Assembly (NCBI RefSeq): GCF_009914755.1 | Contig: NC_060928.1 | DNA length: 64,000 nt | Reading direction: 5' to 3' (one strand) | DNA from: the human T2T-CHM13v2.0 reference genome, Homo sapiens | Part shown: piece after piece, positions 50,341 to 64,000 of the stretch | Layout: each line of letters opens with the position of its first letter | How positions within the stretch are numbered: the first letter of the stretch is position 1 | The notes under the pieces: generated by a model | Databases searched by the model: none | Told to the model about the DNA's origin: nothing | What the model saw: only the letters and a program-made list of their open reading frames with translations | Program-made: the position numbers and the translations under genes

Positions 50341-51507
50341 AGAATGGATCATATTCATTTTTGATTCCACCATAATACAACACTTACCTCAACGCTTACA
50401 TATGTTCAGCATTCAAGACATATTTGGAATTGATTATTATTTGTCACCTTTTGTCATTGCTTGTTTATTAATTGGTTATATGACATACTAAATCCTAGGG
50501 TTGAATTTTAAGAAGATTATCGACCTTCAAAGGATAAGGATTTCTTTAGAATGCCATAAAGTATGGGTTCATTTCTTTTGATGTAGGCATGTGGAATTCT
50601 TAGATTGGGTGAGAATATTACCTATGCATTTATTATTATATTTTTTCATGTCACCTTATCTCAAAGTGCACCCAATGCTTCAAGTTTTGTAGTAGAATCC
50701 AGAATTGTGACTTTTTTTTCAGAAATTGAAAATAAAAAACGAGCTTTATTTCCAATCAAAATACACTTAAATGTTCATAGAATTTATTAGATGTTAAAAT
50801 ATTCCACAGTAAAATTCAACCTAATTTAACAAAACATAGCAAAGGCTTTACTCCAATTTTTTTAAGTTATGATTTGCTTTAAGGGGTAATTATATTGAGG
50901 CTAAGAAAAACTCCTTTCATGTGCATAAAAATGCAGGATGCATATGTGTACTTAAAAATAATCTTGATGAATTCTGGTAATCAAATACTCAAATGAGACC
51001 TCCATATGTTATATGTGGGAGGTAAGATCTCTCTCACTGCAACATTGTGCATGATCACCAAATTCACAATCCCATAGGGATAATATTTATTATCATAAAA
51101 TGTACTATAGCATTTGAAATCTGAGGTTAAACATTTTACTGCAAGGTTTATGAGGAGACTGTGAATCTCAAGCGAATTCATTGCATGAGAAAAGTGAATT
51201 TATTATCAAGGGCATGAAAAGAATCAGTCTTCTGAATGCTTAATACATTCTGTTAAAACATGTTATTCCAAAATCCACAATGCAAGATGTGTCTAACCTC
51301 TAAATTTCAGTACTTTTAAGGTCTTGACAAAAAGGTAAATCATGTGTATTTATCATTTAAAAAATACCAAAGAATAGCCAATGTTACAATACTGATTTTT
51401 CTAAGCTATTTGGTAAGAAAGGAATCTAATGCAGTCTAAGGTAAAGGGCTTGCCTTTCAATGTGCATCACATACAAAGTGGTCAAAATCTTAAAATATCA
51501 CAAAAAA

Positions 51508-51822
<315 letters not shown>

Positions 51823-52563
51823 TTAAAACATCTTGGAGTATAAAACATACATTCTTGATGGTTCGCAAATATTGAGTTACTACGTGATGTGCTAGATTTT
51901 AAAAAATATAACTGTCTTGAAATGTCACCACAGAACAGGTCAGTAAAACTGAATTGGCAATATCATGAGATCTTTGATGGAATCTAATTAGCAACAAGTT
52001 CAGATTCTGAAAACATTTTGTTAGACTGACAAGAGATTAGAAAGGAAACAGATGATACTTGAGAAAGGTCCTTTCCCCCCAATATATATGTATAATTTCC
52101 ATTATGAAGAATTAGAATTTCATACACGGAACAGTGAAAAAATAGACCAGAACATATTTTCTTTCTTGAAAAGCACTATTTCAGCAGCAATGGAACAGAC
52201 TGCTGAGGTCAGGAGGGTCCCAGAGCTAGACGGTGTTTGCGAAGCCAGGGAACAGGTTTTAGTGTGAAAGAAATTCTCCGTGGCCAAATGATGGAAATAT
52301 AAGGAAATTATTCTGATGAATATGAAACATATTGAGCATTATTTACTCTCATCATAAAATAGTATAACCAGCTTTCGTTTTGCCACATGTAGCTTTTGGG
52401 GCCTACTTTTTTTTTTTTTTTTTTGACAAATAACAAATGAGAAAACAAGTTGGAGTTAGGCAAGCTCTGGTGATGGCATAAGGTAAAATGGCCACCCAAG
52501 CTGTGAACTTGCCATTGAATTAATGCTGCTACCGAGTAAATGAAAATCCGAAGACGACAGGAA

Positions 52564-52615
52564 CCGCCCCCCGCCCGCCCCCCCCCCCCCCCCCCCCCCC
52601 GCCACACACACACAC
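52564..52615. repeat. Poly-C / (CCCG) tract followed by (CA)n; G-quadruplex-prone on the minus strand
   Basis: Seen directly. Confidence 0.9.
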
Positions 52616-55600
52616 AAAACAGTACGTGGAAATTTGCAAACAGGTTTTAAGGCAAGTCTATTTTGGTCCCTGATCTAGAACCAAGCATAACTTTTTCCTT
52701 CAGAAACTCTGGTATCTTTCAACAAAGAGGTTGCATGAAATGAAAGCAGGTGGCAACACATTTGGAAAGAGATAGGACGGTGCCCATCTTTTTCTGATTT
52801 ATATGACCCACCCATACAGGACTAGCTTACAAACTGTTCTTATCTCTGTAGGAGGAGTCATGATAGTCAGTTGCAGTAATCATTTCACAGGGCTTCCTCC
52901 CCCTTTACACAGTGATCTTCCTTCAAGGAAGAAGCTGTATGTTCTCTTTGAACCCCCGGAACCTGATTCAATAATGAATGATCATCTTGTGTTTATTCAT
53001 CAAAATGGATTAAAATATATTTAATCAGTTAATTGCAGGATTTTGACAATAATCCAAATACAGGGAATGTTACAGTGTCTTATATCCTAAGTGATTTACA
53101 CTTTTTGCCATTTTGGTCCAAAGAAGGGGAAAGATTTATTAAATGAGAAATGAGTATAAACAAAGAAGCCTTTTTAAAAAAAGCAATCATGAACAAAGGA
53201 TGATATATTTTTACAAGGGCCATTTTTCTATTAAAATTCTGCTCAAAGCCATCATGTACCAACAAAAACTGTGTAGACGAGAAACAATACCTTTTCCAAA
53301 ATCCTGGGAGCAAACACCAGACGGTGACTGTGAAATTAGTGGAAAAAAAAAAAAAATAGAAAAACATAATGGCCAGAATGAAGTTCGTACTGGAGGTTCT
53401 GCAAGGGCAATCAGCATGGCACCTATCTAATGTGGCCAAGATGGTCAAAAAGAAATAAAAGATAACCAGGTAACTAAAATTGGGAGTGCTTTGAAGAACA
53501 GAAGAATTCAGACTTTTCTTGTAGGGCATGTAATAGAAGAAAAAAGTCAAAACAAAATCAGAGGATACCATAGCCTATTTTACATATTAAATTTCAGAGC
53601 AACAAATTTTACACAGTGTGAAAGTCCACAAACAGGACTTCTGTAAAGAATACATACACATTTAGGTCCATAGTTAGAAATGGGTATAAAAAGATTTAAG
53701 GAATAAGAATAGAAAGTCCCTACATAAAAAGTACAGAGACAGAAAGGTCTAGAAGCTAAAAACTAAGAGTAGATAACGTAATGCCAGGGTTAAGCAGAAA
53801 CTGTACATCTGAAAACAAAGGGTGACCACAAGGCAAAGTATATCAAATAACACACATAGGAGAGGCAGATGAATGTATGTGGGCCACCCTGGCATCCTTA
53901 TGCATTATTGTGGAGAGGTATTATGTTTGCCTAAGTAAGTGTTGTCATTTTGTTTTGTTCTGCTGCTTTTTCTTCCAATTCCACAGTGCTAGAGAGTACT
54001 CCACAGAGAGAAAAGTGTGACAAAAGCTGATACCAGAACACATTGATTCCAGAAGTAATAAAGCCTAACAAGTAAAAAAGGGTGTTGTGAGGGAGAATAT
54101 CAAACCATTGAGGATGGAACATCTAATTTTGCTTTTCTGCAATCCCAGCTATCTTCAGGAAAGGAATTTATTTTTTTATAACTCATACAATCAAGAAAAT
54201 GGGGAGATGGGAGAGTAGACATAGTAACAATAGCTTAGAAGCTGGAAAACAGGTGGATGTATGGTAAATGACTTATGAATGAGTACTAACCGGCAGTACC
54301 ACATTCCTTTGACTGTCGGAGTTGGGGGCAAGGAAGGAAGCATCTAAAATAAAGAAAGAGGGTCAAAGGGATAGTTGAAGGTGTTGGAGAAGTAGTTAAA
54401 GCTATTACATATCAATTATAGAGCTGGTCATAAATCAGAGATACTGTAATCAAAGAAAAGCAGAGACACTAGGCTAAAACATTAATTACATATCTCGCAA
54501 TTTTTTTTTTTATCAGAAAGGCCTAAAGGACTTTATCCACTGTAAGCACACATTTTGCATATTACTTTCCCCGGTTTAGTGATCTGTTTTACAAACACTA
54601 AAAATTAAAACTCAACTTAGATTTCATCAGGAAATAGAGCTACTGTAGTCTGCAGCCAGATAAAATAAGAGCATTCAGAAAGAGGAACAAGTGTCTAACT
54701 TGTGAAGGAAGTGTCCTTGGATGGTTTATGTTGGACAAACACATAGCCATATCCTCAGTGGCATTAATCTCCCAAATATTGCATCAACATCAAACCATGA
54801 GCAATCAGCTGAATTTGAGAGAAAAGATGTCTATCGTGTGTTTTAGAAGCTTTTTCATCTAAGACAGAATTATAAAGTCCTAACACTTGAAAATGTACCT
54901 TTGGCAACTTGGATTCATTATGTACAATTCTTCATTCCCTGGCAGTATTATATACATGAAGTGTCACCACTTTCACAGTCCCTCCTAGTTAGAACATCTC
55001 CTCCTCACTGCATTACCCAAACATTGGGGAATTTACATGCAGAGAAAGCAGAAATCAGCTGAAGGTCCTGGCACTTATAAAATGCAAATGAAAGGGAATC
55101 ATAAAATATATCTATATTTCTCCAGGGAGCTATGCTTTGGCTAGAAAGAGGAAATGTCATGGTTGTTGAGATTTTGCTCCACTGTAAATGTTAAATTATT
55201 AACACATGATTAGGGAAATTTTTAAGTGAATGTATTAAAACTTATTTTAGATATAGATTTTGGTTTGGTAAGGCTATGAAAAACAAGGGTGTATCCATAT
55301 ACATTTTGTGATTTTTCACTCTCATTTTCTCCCAAAATTCATTAATTACACAGAAGTTTCATAAAGAAAAGTCAGATTTCTGACCTCAATTTTCCTGCGG
55401 TTAATGTAGCCAAGTAAAGAAGTAAAGCAGGGTAATGCTTTGAAATGTCATCCAAAGTATTTTCTTTTTTCTTTTTTTAATGTATGTTTCCTCCCTGGAA
55501 TTATCTTGGAATTAAGACTAGGCCAAGGCGATTAGGTTTACTGCTATAGATAAGAGGCAGGAAGACACTGCCTAGGAAAAAAAAAAAAAAAAAAAAGGAA

Positions 55601-55639
55601 AGGAAAAGTCAGTGCTCAGCTTTGAACTTCAAACTAAAT

Positions 55640-55900
55640 GCCCCAGGTTGAGTTCTCTGGAAGCAGATGTTGAGACAGAGTTTAGCATGTGAGAAATTTA
55701 TTAGAGATTCACACCTGTAGAAAAAAGTGAGAGGAAGCAGGGTCAGGCAAAGGGAAAAGTGGAATTGCCACGAGGCCAGTGGGCTTACCGTTCCCTGAGT
55801 GATTTGTATGCAGGTTGAGCTGCTGCTGAAAGCTGAGGTGAAGCTACAAATTACTTCCTTGAAAGAGGATCTAGCAGTGCAAACATGAGTCTATACACTA
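55640..55900 (-). mobile_element. LTR16-like ERVL LTR
   Basis: ggttgagttctctggaagcagatgttgagacagagtttagcatgtgagaaatttattag...acacctgt...gaggaagcagg. Confidence 0.7.
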
Positions 55901-56424
55901 GATTTTTATAAAACATCAATTGCAAGTTTCCAGTCATGCTGTCAAAAGAAAGATTTCTTGGACATCCTACAGCTGAGTTTTTACATATCAATGCCCAAAA
56001 TTTAGAGAATTAATCTCAGAGTAAGCTAAAGGGCTAGGAGGAAGGAGAGCTCAAAGTGAAGAAATTTACCACACCAATTAGTCCTTCAAAACTGCTAAGG
56101 ACAGCTGACGTTGGGAAGAGAGAAAGGAGAGAGAATATGACCATGATCTTCTCATGCCAAAAAACTCAGTTTTGGAGAATCTCCCAGAATTTGAATGCTG
56201 GTTCTTTTTTTCCTGACTGTGGCCTGGAGATTCTGGAAGACCGTAGGAGAATTCTGCTTCCTATTGCCTGGAAATAGTAGAGTGGCAGTGGCTGGAGAAA
56301 CCTAAGATCTGGGTCTGAGAGCTTCCTCAGAGAGGTACACACACTCCAGCATTTGTGGTGACATCCAGTAAGATTTCTTTATTCCAAGAGTTAGGAATTA
56401 GAAATTCTACCAAAAAAAAAAAAT

Positions 56425-58910
<2,486 letters not shown>

Positions 58911-59429
58911 AAAAAAATGTGGATTTAAATAGACTTAGGGGTCAGAGGAAGGACACTGACTTATAAGAGGCAAAACTCATAGTTCTCAAGTTTACATGTG
59001 AACACAATTGCTAAATCATCAAATGAATTTCTATCCCTTAGCAAGTACTGTTATCAGAACTCTGTACAACCAGAAGGACATAGTTATGAAATCTAGATCC
59101 AGATACAAAACAAAGGACTCAAGGAGAACAGAAGCTAAGGTCCAGAGACAAAGGATAATGACACAGCACAATGACCAGACAACATTCCTACAATACTATA
59201 AGGATACTTAAACACAGAGAACTGATACTCCTACCACGTCTCAACACTCAGAAACCATTGTGGGGACAGGACAAGAGAAGGTGGGATGTCACAAGAGGAC
59301 TCTTGAGAAGAACAAATTCAGAAAGATTTAAAATTAGTTAAAATGGGATGATATAAGATTCACTAAAATAATGCTAAAATTATATTTGTCAAATGTTTTT
59401 AGTAGAGTCAAAGATAGATTTGGACTCCC

Positions 59430-59675
59430 CAAAATGCTAGCCATTAGCCACATGTGGTTAGTTAAATTAATTAACTGATTAAAATTAACTTGAAGTCAAA
59501 TAAATTAAAATAAAGTTAAATAAAATTAAAGTTAAATAAAATTGAAAATGCAGCTTCCCTTTCGTTGTATTAACATTTCTTAGCTTAATAGTCACATATG
59601 CTAGGGGCTTCCATATTGAACAATTTAAATATAGAACATTATCTCCATCACAAAATGTTCTATTGGACAGTACTA
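59430..59675. mobile_element. MER3-like hAT-Charlie MITE
   Basis: tagccattagccacatgtgg...tagaacattatctccatcacaaaatgttctattggacagtact. Confidence 0.8.
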
Positions 59676-60099
59676 TAAGATAAATATGAAATTAATTATT
59701 TTAAAATATTTATGTTTTTACATTTTGGACATTTTAATTGAATGTATATCTTTTAATCATGCTACATGAAGAAACACTTCTTCAACCTGTTTGGAGTGAG
59801 AAAGAAATTTAAAAAAAATTCTTTTTGAAACTAGTTTCTTCACTCTTTACGAAAATACCATACTCAGGCTCACTACAACTCTTTTGCTTTCACCAACTTG
59901 CCTTCTATTCCAAATAGCACGCATTTGAAAAATTCCTAGATGAATTTGTCTTTTCATAATTGTCTCCACAGCAGAATAAATGTTCCATAAAGTTATCTAT
60001 TATTTCTCTAATATTTAAGACAAGAGTGATCAAATATGTGTCAGAAGGCTTCCACTTAGCAGGACATTTTTGAGGGCCCTCCACATTGCAGCAGACATC

Positions 60100-60933
<834 letters not shown>

Positions 60934-61130
60934 ACGTCTACTTAGGTCTAAAGGATGTACTTAACATGTGGGAAAATAGGCACTTAATAACTTTAAAAAA
61001 ATGCCTGTGGTTATATACCAATAGACATCATTATCAAATATTAATCCTTATCACCAACAAGGGACATATATAGAGATTTGCAATTATTATTTTACTCCCT
61101 TTTAATAATAACCAAAATGTTGTTATGCCT

Positions 61131-61340
61131 GTTGTTATGGTCTGAATGTTTTTGTCCCCCTAAAATTTTTATGTTGAAATCTTAATCCCCATGCTGTTGG
61201 ATTAGTGCCCTCATGGGATTAGTGCCCTATTAAAAGAAGCCTGAGAGAGATTCCACAGCAAAAAGTCCTCTACTATGATTAGGATCTGCTCCAGATAGGA
61301 CATACAAAAACAAATTGATCTTGGACTTCCCAGCCTTTCC
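61131..61340 (+). mobile_element. MLT1A/MST-like LTR fragment
   Basis: tgttatggtctgaatgtttttgtcccc...gggattagtgccct...tgatcttggacttcccagcct. Confidence 0.7.
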
Positions 61341-61479
61341 AAATTTTCCGTTTTCTTTGTCTCAATATTCTTTCCATAGATATTGGCTCTTTGGCATCAC
61401 TTTTTAAGGTCGTGCTTCAAGAAAGTGTTGTGATGACAGAGCAGACAATATAAATGGACTTTCACTGTCCAATTCTAGG

Positions 61480-62450
61480 GAAATCTGAGAATGAAAAAAT
61501 AATGGAAAAAATGGATTATAAAGTATATGTGTGCAGAGAGAAAAAGAAAGAAAGAAGGAAGGAAGGAAGGAAAAAGAAAGAAAGAAGAAAGAAAGAGAAA
61601 GAAAAAAGAGAGAGAAAGGAAGGAAGGAAAAGAAAGAAAGGAGGGAGGGGGAGGGAGGAAAGAAGGAAAAAAGGAAAGAAGTAAGAAAGGGAGGACGGAA
61701 GGAAGGAAGATTGGTTTTCTTTATAGTGATATGTCAACCAATAAATGCAGAAGTAATGGGAGCATTAGAACAGTAATAACAGTTAGAGATGGATACTTAA
61801 ACTAGTGGTAGAAGTTTGGTCAAGATTATGATACTCACATCATTTCAATGTACTTTTCCACAAATCCCTTTTCTCTCACACATGGTAATAATAGTAATTT
61901 AAAATGAAAAAACCTGACAAACATTACTTTATTAAAGACATCAAAGTTAACATCATAAATGGGCAAGCCTATACCATGTATCTTTTTATATGTTGCACTA
62001 AGAAGGATGCAGTACAAACATCTGATATTCATAATCTGTCAATATGCATAATCGGAATCTCATCATTAGGAAATAACAAACTCAAACTAAGGAACATTCT
62101 ACAAAAAAACTTGTTTGTACTCTTCAAAATTGTTACTTTCATATAAGACAAGAAAGTCAAAAGACTATTCTAAAGAAAGTGATCAAACAGATATGAAAAA
62201 CCTGAAATACATCATTCTAGATTGGTTCCTTGGCTGTGAAAAAACATGTCTATAAAGGACATTATTAGGATAATTAGTAAAATTTTACTATAAAGTATGG
62301 ATTAAAAATGTGCTATATCAAAATTAAACGTCTTCATTTTGATATTTGTTTCATAGTTATATGAGTATGACCTTATTCTTAGAAAAAGCACACTTTACTA
62401 TTTTGGGGGCGAAATGGCAATCATGTATACAGTTCATTCTGAAACAGTTC
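61480..62450 (+). mobile_element. L1MC/L1MD-type 3' UTR fragment containing a GA-rich expansion
   Basis: aaacctgacaaacattac...atcaaagttaacatca...caaactaaggaacattctacaaaa...ataaaggacattatt. Confidence 0.7.
61534..61710. repeat. (GAAA/GGAA)n polypurine tract
   Basis: Seen directly. Confidence 0.97.
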
Positions 62451-63374
62451 CAATCTATGTACATTGGGCTAACTGTGAATTTTAAAAGTTTACTTTGGAC
62501 TCAACTCCACAAATGTTGCCTTCATTCATTTGAATCACATTAGCCACCTTCACATTGTATCTTACCTCTTTGTGGACAATTTTCTGATCACTCAATGCCC
62601 CTAGCACATATTCTAAGAAAATTTTTTTCATTATAAAGTGATTGATATGCCACAGAGGTAAATCAAAAACTGTATGTATTGAAGCCAAACATATGGCAAC
62701 CACCTGAAAAATTGGTCAAGAAAATAATCACTAGTTTGACTACTGCTATAATAACTTTAAATCTATTAGTATTACCTTCTGGCCTTTAAAAATAACGAAG
62801 GTTGGAGAAACTCTACAGTAAATATTTTGATGGTTTCTCATACAACTTTATAACCCTCTTCTGTTTATAACTTCAAAGAAACTGTTTTTGGACTTTGTGA
62901 TGTTTTCAATATTTTATCAGTTGTAAATGAAATTCAGCTTTTCTATGGAAATTGCTAAGAAGCTAGACTACAGATCTTTCAAAGTGGTATTTATTAAGTA
63001 CTTTAAGTATTATGCAATGCTAAAGGTTTGATTTAAAAGTATAATATAAAAAGTGAGAGTTAAAAGGTAAATTCATTGGGGATCAGAATTTTCGTTGTTA
63101 AATTGTTGTGGAAAATGCATAATAAGGTAAAAAAATAAATGTCTGTTCAATATCATGTTGATTTGCTTATTAAGATGTATGCTATAAGACATGGTATAAA
63201 CTTACTTAACAAATACGTTAATTAATCACCACCTATATAATAAGCAAGGAGTTACAATGCTGATACTCTTGGATAATCATAATTCCATATTCAAACAGCT
63301 CATAAAACAACACACAGTTAAATAGGGAAGAAAAGAGTATGCTGAGCAGAGGGTTCAGTGAGAGCACACTACTA

Positions 63375-63678
63375 GGCTGGGCACGGTGGCTCATGCCTGT
63401 AATCCCAGCACTTTGGGAAGCCGAGGCGGGCAGATCACGTGGTCAGGAGTTCGAGGTCAGCCTGGCCAATATGGTGAAACCCCATCTCTACTACAAATAC
63501 AAAAATTGGCCGGGTGTAGTGTTGCGCACCTGTAGTCCCAGCTACTTGGGAAGCTGAGGCAGAAGAATTGCTTGAACCCAGAGGCAGAGGTTGCAGTGAA
63601 CGGAGATGCGCCACTGCACTCTAGCCTGGGTGACAGAGCAAGACTGTATCTCAAAAAAAAAAGAAAGAAAAAAAGAAA
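63375..63678 (+). mobile_element. AluS (Sg-like)
   Basis: gatcacgtggtcaggagttcgagg...cctggccaatatggtgaaacccc; A-rich tail. Confidence 0.93.
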
Positions 63679-64000
63679 GCCCCAAGTATGGCAGGTTAGG
63701 GAAATGGAACTAACTGACCTGCACTGGGGCTTTCTAAGTAGTTCATCCTGGCTGAACACAAGATTGTACTGCGAGCCCTGAAGGAAGATGAAATAGTTTA
63801 TCTTGTCCTTAAAGTTAGCCCAATTATCTATCATAAAATTCCAAACTTTAAGAAAATTAGGCAAATTGGAAAATATGTACAGAGCACCATTCCTTTATTT
63901 TCATAGAAGTGTTACTACATTAGGAGAAAGAAAATAAACCACATTTCTGTTCATCACATAAATCATGCAATTTTTCATACCTTTTAAGTTTGGCAAAAAT

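Noticed and set aside
53080-53571. 163-aa minus-strand ORF
   Set aside because: Phe/Leu-rich composition from A-tracts; no domain recognised.

Overview
AT-rich, CpG-depleted primate genomic DNA (human or close catarrhine, given AluY, AluS and L1PA3/L1PA5 copies). I can support no protein-coding exon: every long ORF in the track is transposon-derived (Tigger1 transposase, L1 ORF2), Alu-derived or low-complexity. Much of the window is interspersed repeat: Tigger1, MER6, MADE1, MER3, MER5, about nine L1 copies or fragments (mostly + strand), eight Alus, many L2/MIR relics, and MaLR/ERVL solo LTRs including an MLT2A. It reads as a large intron or gene desert; the L1 strand skew weakly suggests a minus-strand host gene. 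I found no convincing new biological system. The most interesting sequence-supported observations are: (1) a twin-primed L1PA5 carrying a roughly 85-nt patchwork of templated repeats; (2) a 36-nt tailless U2 snRNA retrocopy inverted relative to its endonuclease site; (3) an old roughly 200-290 bp duplication of apparently non-TE DNA; (4) a minus-strand microexon or recursive-splice-like motif; (5) a DUX4-motif MLT2A LTR with candidate downstream exons. Repeat subfamily names come from recalled consensus sequences, and boundaries of old repeats are approximate.
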